Origin: an uncultured Prevotella sp.
GTDB taxonomy: Bacteria; Bacteroidota; Bacteroidia; Bacteroidales; Bacteroidaceae
Length of the DNA: 64,000 nt
Assembly (NCBI GenBank): GCA_946535705.1
Contig: CAMNDT010000005.1
Coordinates: forward strand, 6,616-70,615
Direction of reading: 5' to 3'
The position numbers and the translations under genes were made by a program. The notes beneath the pieces are model-generated. The model was not told the DNA's origin. It saw nothing but the letters and a program-made list of their open reading frames with translations, and did no database searches. Of this stretch, positions 1 to 9,007 are shown in pieces; position 1 is the first letter of the stretch; each line of letters starts with the position of its first letter.

Positions 1-295
1 CAACAAACTCAATATCCCCTATCTCGTATGTAGCTCCCTGTTCCTGATTGCGCAGAATATCAATATCAGCCTGATGAACTTGACTCGCAGCATAACGAAG
101 CCACTTGTGAGAATCATCCGTTACATAAGGCAAAGCCTCTTTAAAATGCCAGTTGAAATAGCTGGTAGAAAAAGAATCTATTGTTACATTCAATTGATCT
201 TCACTACCTTCGTGATTGCATGATGTAGCAAACGGAAGCATAAAGAAGCAGACTATAAAGGCTATAAAACCATATTTGGCTGATTTAAAAAACAT
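1..295 (-). CDS. hypothetical lipoprotein (partial, runs off window start)
   Basis: Manually translated from ATG at 295: MFFKSAKYGFIAFIVCFFMLPFATSCNHEG..., open to position 1; hydrophobic signal peptide with ATSC lipobox. Confidence 0.7.
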   Translation of the reverse strand, partial: MFFKSAKYGFIAFIVCFFMLPFATSCNHEGSEDQLNVTIDSFSTSYFNWHFKEALPYVTDDSHKWLRYAASQVHQADIDILRNQEQGATYEIGDIEFV

Positions 296-385
296 ATTAT
301 TTTCATTAAATTACGACAAAGGTAATGAATTAATTTGGATATGTCATTAGATTTTAATAATTTTGTAGAAAAAGTAAGAACTATA

Positions 386-1213
386 ATGCTGAGATTTATC
401 TCTTTTGGAAGTGGCAGTAGTGGAAACTGTTACTATATATATACTGACACCGATAGTCTGATGATAGACGTAGGAATAGGTATTCGTACTCTTAAAAAAC
501 ATTTAAAGAACTATGGCATCAAGCTAACAGATATTCGTCATCTGCTTATTACGCATGATCATGCCGACCATGTGAAATCCATTGGAAGTTTAAGTACCGA
601 TATGACCTTGCCTGTGTATTCAACAAGCAAGGTACACGAAGGTATTAACAACAACCTTAGCGTAAGAAAGAAAGTAAATCCTTCAAATGTTAAGTTTGTT
701 GAGAAGAATACTACTACCAAGATTGGAGAATTTGTGGTTACACCTTTTGGCGTTCCTCATGACAGTTTGGACAATGTGGGATATAAAATAGAATGTGAAG
801 GTGTTGTTTTTGTATTAATGACTGATATTGGTCATGTTACAGATGAAATGAAAGAATTCATTGGCGAAGCAAACTATCTCGTAATAGAAGCCAACCACGA
901 TGACGAAATGCTTGCACATGGTCCTTATCCTCAACACCTTAAGGTACGAATATCTGGACCAAATGGTCATCTAAGCAACAAAGAATGTGCTATTGCTATT
1001 GCCGAAAACGCATCTCCTGCTTTGAAACATGTTTGGTTATGCCATTTGAGCGAGGAGAATAACCACCCAGTCCTTGCCGAAAAAACTATAGAACAAGTAT
1101 TACGCTCCTATGGTTTGGTTGTGGGAAAGGACTTTAATGTTGAAGTTTTAAGACGCAAGATTCCAAGTGGACCATATAGTTTATGCGCGGCAAAGCCGCT
1201 AAATGATAAATGA
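386..1213 (+). CDS. MBL-fold metallo-hydrolase (YycJ/WalJ-like)
   Basis: SGSSGN N-terminus, THDHADH metal motif, EANHD, GHLSN, HLSEENN; start moved to ATG 386. Confidence 0.85.
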   Translation: MLRFISFGSGSSGNCYYIYTDTDSLMIDVGIGIRTLKKHLKNYGIKLTDIRHLLITHDHADHVKSIGSLSTDMTLPVYSTSKVHEGINNNLSVRKKVNPSNVKFVEKNTTTKIGEFVVTPFGVPHDSLDNVGYKIECEGVVFVLMTDIGHVTDEMKEFIGEANYLVIEANHDDEMLAHGPYPQHLKVRISGPNGHLSNKECAIAIAENASPALKHVWLCHLSEENNHPVLAEKTIEQVLRSYGLVVGKDFNVEVLRRKIPSGPYSLCAAKPLNDK

Positions 1214-1280
1214 CAAATTATAGATGATAAAGAGAAGCGCAAAGCGCTAAACAAATAACGCCTTATTTTATTTTTGTCCC

Positions 1281-1361
1281 TTATCGGAATTTTCTGAATT
1301 ATCGGAACATTCAGAATTATCGGAATAATCGGAACATTCAGAATAATCGGAATTTTCAGAA
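1281..1361. repeat. 9-bp tandem array, 9 units with a TCNGA core
   Basis: ttatcggaa ttttctgaa ttatcggaa cattcagaa ttatcggaa taatcggaa cattcagaa taatcggaa ttttcagaa. Confidence 0.9.
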
Positions 1362-1375
1362 TTTAAGGAATAGAG

Positions 1376-1413
1376 AAAAGCCCCTTGCAGTTTTCGTCTG
1401 CAAGGGGCTTTTT
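1376..1413. terminator. bidirectional intrinsic terminator
   Basis: AAAAGCCCCTTGCAG-ttttcgt-CTGCAAGGGGCTTTT between convergent genes. Confidence 0.85.
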
Positions 1414-1439
1414 GCTTTATCATTTAGCAAAACGCTAAT

Positions 1440-3659
1440 CTAAAATGGCAATCCTACAGCAAAATGGAACGTGAAGTCACGACTCAATTTTGGATTAACT
1501 ATAGCCCAATGTTCTTCATCTGTTTCGTATGCAGGATTAATGGCTTTCATACCCATATCAAAACGCAGGATGAAGTAGTCAAAGTTAAGTCTCAATCCAA
1601 GGCCATACGAAACTGCTATCTGCTTATAGAACTCATTAAGTTTGAATTGTCCACCTGGTTGCTCTGCATAATTACGCAACGTCCAGATGTTTCCTGCATC
1701 AATAAACGCAGCTCCATCAAATTTCCAAAACAGCTTTGTTCTATATTCCATATTCATATCGAGCTTCATATCACCCGTTTGATTAATGAAATCTATACGT
1801 CCATCAGTACCTCTGAAGCTACCAGGTCCAAGCCCTCTTACACTCCATCCTCTCACACTATTAGCTCCACCTGAGAAATAGCGCTTTTCAAAAGGAAGAA
1901 TTGTACTATTTCCGTATGGCCATGCAACTCCAAAACCAACATGAGTAGCCAATGAGTTATTGGAATCAAACTGAAACAGATGTGTGTAGTCGAAATCAAA
2001 CTTCACATATTGTGCGTATGCGATATTCAGAAAAGTATATTGCCCGTTGGAATTTCTATGAAATCCCATTCCATGCGCCAAGCTATTAAGTATGTTGCCT
2101 GATGTTTCCACATTTGCCTTTAGAGCATCAGAACTGGTGTTATATGACATTCCGAAACCTATTTTCATTATGAACAGGTCCTCATAATTATACCTAAGAA
2201 TAGCGTTCCTATTGTTTTCGCTATCAAGATAATCATGCTTGAATGTTTCACTTATCCAAGGCATATAGACATAGTTCATATCAAGCAGATCGAGACGGAA
2301 ATTCAGATGATGCCCCACGTCGCTCCATCTATATCGCCAAGCAGCCGAAAACACTCTACGATGAAATTCGGGTCGGTTCTGCATATTGTATCCTGCAGAA
2401 AGCTCTGATGTGGCATTACTCCTGCGAACAAAAGCTCGTGAAAGCAATGGGGCAAGAAATCTTGGGAATTGCAGCTTTCCTTCTATATTATATTCCACAT
2501 AGTCTTGATTCTGGTAGCCTTCAAGTCCTTTAATTGCTTCAAACGCTCCACGCAATTGAATGCTAAGCAATTCTGAGCCACGAAAGAGATTACGGTTTTC
2601 GTATGTAAGAGTGGCTGCAGCGCCCAAATCTCCAGCCGTGTTAGTTCCTTCTGGCTGAAAGGAAAGCATGTTGGGCTTGTTGGTGCTCACTTGAATATTG
2701 CAATCAAGAAGATTGCTGTTTGGTACTTCGGCGAATGTAATATTTGTATATCTGATAGCCCCAAGACGTGCAAACTTGTTATAGGTTTGCTGAAGCGCTT
2801 TGTTGTTAAAATACTGTCCTTCCTCAAAAACCGTTGCATTTTCAAGAACCTTCTTTCTAAAAGGAATGCCTGAAGATTCTCCGCCAATATATTTTATGCG
2901 CCTGATAGTGTAACGCGGATGTTCTGTTGCCGGCGAAGAACTGCTTGCGCGATATTTATAAAGGTTCAGTACGATATTTATCTTATTATCATATACAGAT
3001 GAATCGGCACTAAACTGTATGTAATCCTTGTGGAAGCGATAAAACCCTCGTTCAAGCAGATAACTTGTAATTCTTTTGCGTTCTAAATCCAACGCATCAA
3101 CAGTAAATCGGCTTCCCTTTCTAAGTTGTGGGACAAAAGTATCACCTTTTCCTCCAATATTCAACAGCTTTGCTACAGCTGAATCCTCTATATTGTAACG
3201 TATGTTGTCGATATAATACGGAATACCAGGATTAAGGTGATAAATCGCCTTGATACCTTTCCCTCTCACCTTTGTTTCTAAGTTTACCGACGAATGAATG
3301 TAGCCCATGTTTTGCATGGCATTCTTTAAATCTACGCACGACAGATTTGCTTGAACGGTATCGTATATAACAGGCTTTTCACCAATACTTTTCAAAGTTT
3401 TGTTAATCCATTTTGTAGTATCCGTACCCGCCAAAGCATACGTACCAAGAGGTATCTTGAAGAGAGAAAACCATTTGGAATTTGCCTTTTGACGAATATA
3501 ATCTTTCAGGGTACTCGGATCTAATTCTTTAGAATCTGTTTTCACTTCTACACTTTTGAGGATGTAGTGTCCATCCTCAACAAACTTTGATGCGCTACAT
3601 GAAGCTAAAACGCACGAAGCAAGAAACAAATATATAATAATATTCCTATTTAATTTCAT
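1440..3659 (-). CDS. Omp85/BamA-TamA family outer-membrane lipoprotein (TamL-like)
   Basis: LASC lipobox, POTRA-like N-terminus, GGANSVRGW motif, C-terminal FHFAVGLPF beta-signal. Confidence 0.85.
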   Translation of the reverse strand: MKLNRNIIIYLFLASCVLASCSASKFVEDGHYILKSVEVKTDSKELDPSTLKDYIRQKANSKWFSLFKIPLGTYALAGTDTTKWINKTLKSIGEKPVIYDTVQANLSCVDLKNAMQNMGYIHSSVNLETKVRGKGIKAIYHLNPGIPYYIDNIRYNIEDSAVAKLLNIGGKGDTFVPQLRKGSRFTVDALDLERKRITSYLLERGFYRFHKDYIQFSADSSVYDNKINIVLNLYKYRASSSSPATEHPRYTIRRIKYIGGESSGIPFRKKVLENATVFEEGQYFNNKALQQTYNKFARLGAIRYTNITFAEVPNSNLLDCNIQVSTNKPNMLSFQPEGTNTAGDLGAAATLTYENRNLFRGSELLSIQLRGAFEAIKGLEGYQNQDYVEYNIEGKLQFPRFLAPLLSRAFVRRSNATSELSAGYNMQNRPEFHRRVFSAAWRYRWSDVGHHLNFRLDLLDMNYVYMPWISETFKHDYLDSENNRNAILRYNYEDLFIMKIGFGMSYNTSSDALKANVETSGNILNSLAHGMGFHRNSNGQYTFLNIAYAQYVKFDFDYTHLFQFDSNNSLATHVGFGVAWPYGNSTILPFEKRYFSGGANSVRGWSVRGLGPGSFRGTDGRIDFINQTGDMKLDMNMEYRTKLFWKFDGAAFIDAGNIWTLRNYAEQPGGQFKLNEFYKQIAVSYGLGLRLNFDYFILRFDMGMKAINPAYETDEEHWAIVNPKLSRDFTFHFAVGLPF

Positions 3660-3690
3660 TTTCAAACTATCAGCAATTGGGTTGCTGATG

Positions 3691-3750
3691 CAAAGATAGT
3701 TTAAATTTCTGATATCTTACTTTTATTTTCAATATTAATTATTACTTTTG
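3691..3750. promoter_or_regulatory. divergent Bacteroidetes sigma-A -7 boxes
   Basis: TATCTTTG on minus (3691-3698) and TACTTTTG on plus (3743-3750) match TAnnTTTG. Confidence 0.65.
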
Positions 3751-3770
3751 CATATATAAACTAACAAGGA

Positions 3771-4523
3771 ATGATAAGTAAGGCGAAAATAAAATTCATT
3801 CACCAATTGGAGCACAAAAAACAACGTGTGCAGCAACAACTCTTTGTTGCCGAAGGACCAAAGGTTGTGGGCGATCTTATAAAAAAGTCCACTCCCCGAC
3901 TTGTGGTCGCACTTGATTCTTGGCTTTCATCTAAGCATTTCGACAGTTCTGTTGAAGTATGTAGCGTTACTGGCGATGAGTTGCGAAAGGTTAGCTTTCT
4001 GCAGCACCCACAGGATGTAGTAGCACTCTTCCCTATTAACGACAACGAAGAAATTCTTCCAAATGCAAGCAAGGAGCTTATACTTGCACTTGACGGAGTT
4101 CAGGATCCCGGCAATCTTGGAACCATCATTCGCATAGCCGACTGGTTTGGTATTTCTCATATTGTCTGTTCACAAACAACAGCCGATGTGTACAATCCCA
4201 AAGTGGTACAAGCTACAATGGGAAGTATAGCCCGAGTAACCTTGCACTATACCGACTTGCAAACTTACATAGGTTCGCAGAAAAACGACGTGCCTGTTTA
4301 TGGCACCCTACTCGATGGCAACAATATTTATAAGGACACACTTTCACAAAACGGCATCATAGTCATGGGAAACGAGGGAAATGGCATTTCGCCAGAGATA
4401 CGTAGAATGGTGAACCATCGTATTTTGATACCTAACTATCCAGAAGGACGCGACACAGCCGAAAGTCTTAATGTGGCCATTGCAACAGCAATCACATGTG
4501 CCGAATTCCGTCGTCCAAAATAA
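3771..4523 (+). CDS. TrmH/SpoU family RNA methyltransferase
   Basis: DPGNLGTIIR, MGNEGNG, ESLNVAIA SPOUT motifs. Confidence 0.9.
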   Translation: MISKAKIKFIHQLEHKKQRVQQQLFVAEGPKVVGDLIKKSTPRLVVALDSWLSSKHFDSSVEVCSVTGDELRKVSFLQHPQDVVALFPINDNEEILPNASKELILALDGVQDPGNLGTIIRIADWFGISHIVCSQTTADVYNPKVVQATMGSIARVTLHYTDLQTYIGSQKNDVPVYGTLLDGNNIYKDTLSQNGIIVMGNEGNGISPEIRRMVNHRILIPNYPEGRDTAESLNVAIATAITCAEFRRPK

Positions 4524-4545
4524 AAGAAAAAATCACACAACAAAA

Positions 4546-5409
4546 ATGGAAAATACTGATTTATACAAAACTCGCAGCTATTCGGGATGCCTTCGGGATG
4601 CCTATAGGATGGTGAACACAAATTTCAAGACTATCTTACGCCACACATGGATGCCAATTTCCTTGTCATCTGCCATGGGTGTCATATCAATCCTTTTCAG
4701 ACTCCCTGACAAAGACATCCACGAGTTAGGAAGCAACAATCCAACAATAACAGCTATTATTGTTTTTCTTGCAACCATAATAAGTATGGCTGCAGCTTCG
4801 TGGTTGTTAGGAGAACTCTACTCTTTGCTTAACAACCACGGAAGAAAAACTAACTTTAAGCGCAGTCTTACCCTTCAGATTTTTTCCGTTGTTTTGGTGC
4901 TACTATATATATTCAATGCTTTTTCGGGAAACAACATACTCGTATTTTCAATAGTCACAATATTGTTCTTTATATGTGCTTTCCCATTGACATTTGCCCA
5001 AACAAAATTCATAGCAGACAAGAGTCGCACCCTTCACGACCTGTTCATGAAGGATTATGCACAAGGATGGCGTCATTTTGGATTTATCTTCATAACAGCC
5101 CTACTAACAGGAATCATAATCACAGCAATATGTTCTATTGTGATGATACCACTAATGATTGTGATGTTTGCACAAGCATTCAATCAGGTAGGTATGCTTG
5201 CCGGTGACCCCAACGGAGCCCCAGGCTACTTCTTCATTCTGCTTGTTGCCACATCATTTTTCACCATATTCCTTTTAAACTACCTCTTCGTGTGGAATTT
5301 CATAGTTCAATACTATATGTATGGTTCTATAGAAACAACTGATAGAGAGAAAGAAGCACGAAAGAACACCTTACTCGAGAGTGACATCGAATTTAAAGAA
5401 AACAATTAA
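4546..5409 (+). CDS. hypothetical multi-pass membrane protein
   Basis: About six hydrophobic segments; ATG 4546 follows the previous stop. Confidence 0.7.
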   Translation: MENTDLYKTRSYSGCLRDAYRMVNTNFKTILRHTWMPISLSSAMGVISILFRLPDKDIHELGSNNPTITAIIVFLATIISMAAASWLLGELYSLLNNHGRKTNFKRSLTLQIFSVVLVLLYIFNAFSGNNILVFSIVTILFFICAFPLTFAQTKFIADKSRTLHDLFMKDYAQGWRHFGFIFITALLTGIIITAICSIVMIPLMIVMFAQAFNQVGMLAGDPNGAPGYFFILLVATSFFTIFLLNYLFVWNFIVQYYMYGSIETTDREKEARKNTLLESDIEFKENN

Positions 5410-5429
5410 AACAATAGAGACACATAGAG

Positions 5430-6506
5430 ATGAAACCACAAAAAATACTCTTTATTGATCGCGACGGCACACTTATCGAAGAACCCGAAGACGAGCAGAT
5501 TGATTCATTTGACAAACTGAAATTCATCGAAGGAATGTTCCATAATTTAGCCTTCATCCGCAATAATCTCGACTTCAAATTCGTAATGGTAAGTAATCAG
5601 GATGGACTTGGCACCAGCTCTTTCCCAGAAGATACATTCTGGCCTGTACACAACTTTATCCTACAAAGCCTAAAAGGCGAAGGAATAGAATTCGACGACC
5701 AACTTATAGACCGTCATTTCCCTGAAGACAACTCCCCTATGCGCAAGCCAGGAACAGGCATGCTGAAGGAATACATTGACAACCCAGCTTATGATATAGC
5801 AGGAAGCTATGTGATTGGCGACCGAGAAACCGATGCCCAACTAGCAGAAAAACTTGGATGCAAAGCTCTCATTCTCGGCAAAGACGGAATGACATGGGAT
5901 AAGATTGCCGAAATACTCTTTGCAGGTGAGCGCATATCAGAGATTCACCGAGTAACAAAGGAAACTGATGTTTACGTGAAGCTAAACCTTGACGGCACTG
6001 GCAAATGTGATATCTCTACCGGCCTTGGCTTCTTTGACCACATGCTCGAGCAGATAGGCAAACATGGCATGATGGACCTCACCATTCACACAAAGGGCGA
6101 TCTTGAAGTGGACGAACATCACACAATCGAGGACACAGGTATAGCCCTTGGAGAATGCATTCTTGAAGCATTAGGCAACAAACGCGGTATTGAACGCTAC
6201 GGATACTGCTTGCCTATGGACGATTGTCTCTGTCAAGTAGCACTCGATTTCGGAGGTCGTCCATGGCTTGTATGGAACGCCGAATTCAATCGTGAGAAAA
6301 TAGGCGAAATGCCAACCGAGATGTTCCTTCATTTCTTTAAGAGTCTAAGCGACTCTTCAAAGATGAATCTCAACATAAAGGCAGAAGGCACCAACGAACA
6401 CCACAAGATAGAAGGCATATTCAAAGCTCTTGCTCGCTCGCTCAAAATGGCCGTTCGCAGAGACATCTATCACTTCGAACTACCTTCAACTAAAGGAAAA
6501 CTATAG
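5430..6506 (+). CDS. hisB: bifunctional histidinol-phosphatase/imidazoleglycerol-phosphate dehydratase
   Basis: HAD motif FIDRDGTL; IGPD motifs DEHHTIED and NEHHKIE. Confidence 0.95.
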   Translation: MKPQKILFIDRDGTLIEEPEDEQIDSFDKLKFIEGMFHNLAFIRNNLDFKFVMVSNQDGLGTSSFPEDTFWPVHNFILQSLKGEGIEFDDQLIDRHFPEDNSPMRKPGTGMLKEYIDNPAYDIAGSYVIGDRETDAQLAEKLGCKALILGKDGMTWDKIAEILFAGERISEIHRVTKETDVYVKLNLDGTGKCDISTGLGFFDHMLEQIGKHGMMDLTIHTKGDLEVDEHHTIEDTGIALGECILEALGNKRGIERYGYCLPMDDCLCQVALDFGGRPWLVWNAEFNREKIGEMPTEMFLHFFKSLSDSSKMNLNIKAEGTNEHHKIEGIFKALARSLKMAVRRDIYHFELPSTKGKL

Positions 6507-6511
6507 TTAAT

Positions 6512-6600
6512 TGGGAATTAATAATTCAAAATTAATTAATTTTTAATCGCCCATTCGGGCGACTAATTCCAAATTCCACATTCGTAATTCGTAATTCCCA
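6512..6600 (+). repeat. heptamer-armed hairpin cassette (AATTCGT family)
   Basis: TGGGAATTA...TAATTCCCA termini, central TCGCCC-attc-GGGCGA hairpin, ATTCGTA repeats; related to 56216-56347. Confidence 0.75.
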
Positions 6601-6673
6601 CTCTTCTCGTTAAATCTTATTAAAGTTTCTATATTTTTCCTTTAATTCTCTTTTACACCTCATAAATATTTAG

Positions 6674-6763
6674 TAACTTTGCGCCCGATTTAGTCCGTGG
6701 AGGCTCGAATAAGTGCTGACAAAAGTCAGTCGCCTTGCGGAAAAACCCGTTTAAATAATTAAA
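6674..6763 (+). promoter_or_regulatory. -7 promoter box plus structured 5' leader of rplU-rpmA
   Basis: TAACTTTG at 6674-6681; CCGTGGAGGC/GCCTTGCGG stem enclosing CTGAC-aaaa-GTCAG. Confidence 0.55.
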
Positions 6764-7081
6764 ATGTACGCAATTGTAGAAATTAACGGTCAGCAGTTCA
6801 AGGCTGAAGAAGGCAAGAAGCTCTTCGTACATCACATTAAGGATGTAGAGGCTGGTAAAGCTGTTGAATTCGACAAGGTATTGCTCGTTGACAACAACGG
6901 TGCAATTACAGTCGGCGCACCAACAGTAGAAGGTGCAAAAGTAGTAGCAGAAGTTGTGAACCCACTCGTTAAGGGTGACAAGGTAATCGTCTTCAAGATG
7001 AAGCGCCGTAAGGACTATCGCAAGAAGAACGGTCATCGTGAGCAGTTCACAGAAATCGTAATCAAATCAGTTAACGCTTAA
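6764..7081 (+). CDS. rplU: 50S ribosomal protein L21
   Basis: [13 protein letters not shown]...[13 protein letters not shown]. Confidence 0.97.
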   Translation: MYAIVEINGQQFKAEEGKKLFVHHIKDVEAGKAVEFDKVLLVDNNGAITVGAPTVEGAKVVAEVVNPLVKGDKVIVFKMKRRKDYRKKNGHREQFTEIVIKSVNA

Positions 7082-7100
7082 AAATCAGGAGGAATTCATT

Positions 7101-7388
7101 ATGGCACATAAAAAAGGTGTAGGTAGTTCTAAGAACGGTCGTGAATCAGCTGCTCAGCGATTAGGCGTTAAGATCTGGGGTGGCCAGAAAATTGTTGCTG
7201 GTAACATCATCGTACGTCAGCGTGGTAACAAGCACTTCGCTGGTGAGAATGTAGCTCAGGGTAAAGATGATACTCTTTACGCTCTTACAGATGGTATTGT
7301 ATACTTCCACAAGGGTAAGTTCAACAAGAGTACCGTTTCTGTACTTTCTCCAGAGGCTTACGCAGCTAAAACAAAGGCTGAAGCTTAA
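7101..7388 (+). CDS. rpmA: 50S ribosomal protein L27
   Basis: [25 protein letters not shown]. Confidence 0.97.
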   Translation: MAHKKGVGSSKNGRESAAQRLGVKIWGGQKIVAGNIIVRQRGNKHFAGENVAQGKDDTLYALTDGIVYFHKGKFNKSTVSVLSPEAYAAKTKAEA

Positions 7389-7423
7389 TATTTAAGAAAC
7401 ATCTTATTCCAAACAAACAATAG

Positions 7424-7454
7424 AAGCCTGCTCAGATAGAGCAGGCTTTTTTTT
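7424..7454 (+). terminator. intrinsic terminator after rpmA
   Basis: AAGCCTGCTC-agata-GAGCAGGCTT followed by T-run. Confidence 0.9.
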
Positions 7455-7518
7455 GTCATTCAAAAATATTTTTGTATTTTTGCGTCTAAATACGTAAAAA
7501 TTAAAAACAAATAGCAAT

Positions 7519-8835
7519 ATGCTTACACTTAAACTCATCAGTGAGGAAACTGAACGTGTAATTAAAGGCCTCGAGAAAAAGCATTTCCCTAATGCAAAAG
7601 AGGCCATAGACCAGGTTTTAGATGTTGACAAAAAACGTCGTGAAGCTCAACAAGAGCTCGACAAATGTCTTAGCGAGCAGAAGAAACTTGCTTCGCAGAT
7701 TGGTCGTTTGATGAAAGAAGGTAAAAAGGATGAAGCAGAACAGATTAAGCAGCATGTAGCTCAACTAAAAGAGAACTCTAAGTCTCTTGACGAGCAGATG
7801 GCTGCTGCTCAGGAAGAAATGACTAAGTTGCTTTATCAGATTCCAAATATTCCATACGATAAAGTTCCTGAAGGTAAGACTGCTGAAGACAACATTGTTG
7901 TTAAGAGCAACCTAAAAGAATGTGACGGTACAGACACAGTTGGAAATTGGGACACTAATCCTGTTGTTGAATCTGCAAAGTTGCCACATTGGGAACTTGC
8001 AAAAAAATACAACCTTATCGACTTCGACCTTGGTGTGAAGATTACAGGTGCAGGCTTCCCCGTTTATATTGGCAAAGGTGCTCGTTTGCAGCGTGCCCTC
8101 ATCAATTTCTTCCTCGACGAGGCACGTAAGAGCGGCTACACAGAAATTATGCCTCCTACAGTTGTTAACCAGGCTTCTGGCTACGGCACAGGTCAGCTGC
8201 CCGACAAGGAAGGTCAGATGTACCACTGTGAAGTTGACGATCTCTACCTCATCCCTACTGCCGAGGTTCCTGTAACAAACATCTATCGCGATGTTATCCT
8301 CGATGAAAAAGACCTTCCTATCAAGAACTGCGCTTACACAGAATGTTTCCGTCGTGAGGCAGGTTCATACGGTAAGGATGTTCGAGGTTTGAACCGTCTG
8401 CACGAATTCTCTAAGATTGAGATTGTACGCATTGACAAGCCTGAGCATTCAGAGCAGAGTCACAAGGAGATGCTTGAACACGTTGAAGGACTGCTTAAGA
8501 AACTTGAATTACCTTACCGCATCCTTCTTCTTTGCGGTGGCGACCAGAGTTTCACTTCATCTATCTGCTACGACTTCGAGGTATATTCAGAGGCGCAGAA
8601 GCGTTGGCTTGAAGTTTCTTCAGTATCAAACTTCGATACCTATCAGGCAAACCGCTTGAAGTGTCGTTTCCGTCCTGAGGGAAGCAAGAAACCAGAGCTT
8701 TGCCACACTCTTAATGGTTCAGCTCTCGCATTGCCACGTATCGTAGCTTCTATCCTTGAAAACAACCAAACAGAAAAAGGTATCCGCATCCCTGCTGCTT
8801 TGGTTCCTTACACAGGATTCGAATATATTGATTAA
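7519..8835 (+). CDS. serS: serine--tRNA ligase
   Basis: N-terminal coiled coil, PTAEVP, FRREAG, HTLNGSALA. Confidence 0.97.
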   Translation: MLTLKLISEETERVIKGLEKKHFPNAKEAIDQVLDVDKKRREAQQELDKCLSEQKKLASQIGRLMKEGKKDEAEQIKQHVAQLKENSKSLDEQMAAAQEEMTKLLYQIPNIPYDKVPEGKTAEDNIVVKSNLKECDGTDTVGNWDTNPVVESAKLPHWELAKKYNLIDFDLGVKITGAGFPVYIGKGARLQRALINFFLDEARKSGYTEIMPPTVVNQASGYGTGQLPDKEGQMYHCEVDDLYLIPTAEVPVTNIYRDVILDEKDLPIKNCAYTECFRREAGSYGKDVRGLNRLHEFSKIEIVRIDKPEHSEQSHKEMLEHVEGLLKKLELPYRILLLCGGDQSFTSSICYDFEVYSEAQKRWLEVSSVSNFDTYQANRLKCRFRPEGSKKPELCHTLNGSALALPRIVASILENNQTEKGIRIPAALVPYTGFEYID

Positions 8836-8842
8836 TCCCTCC

Positions 8843-8987
8843 CCCCAAGGAAGATTGAAAAATTGAAAGATTGAACAATTGAACAATTGAACCGTAGGTC
8901 ACTGACCTCCGATTATTCAGAATACTCTGATTATTCCGAATTCTCCGATTTCTCCGAAAAACTTTAATTTTTCCATCTTTCTTGGGG
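8843..8987 (+). repeat. repeat cassette with ~26-bp terminal inverted repeats enclosing 8-mer repeats, a GGTCA-C-TGACC palindrome and a 9-mer array
   Basis: CCCCAAGGAAGATTGAAAAATTG vs TAATTTTTCCATCTTTCTTGGGG; 6 TCNGA 9-mers at 8907-8960. Confidence 0.8.
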
Positions 8988-9007
8988 CAATAAAAAAATT
9001 AACCGCC

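Larger units (their letters stand above)
1187..1428. repeat. nested repeat cassette with GCGGC-AAA-GCCGC hairpin, AAATGAY heptamers and 13-bp terminal inverted repeat
   Basis: GCTAAATGATAAA (1198-1210) is the reverse complement of TTTATCATTTAGC (1416-1428). Confidence 0.7.
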
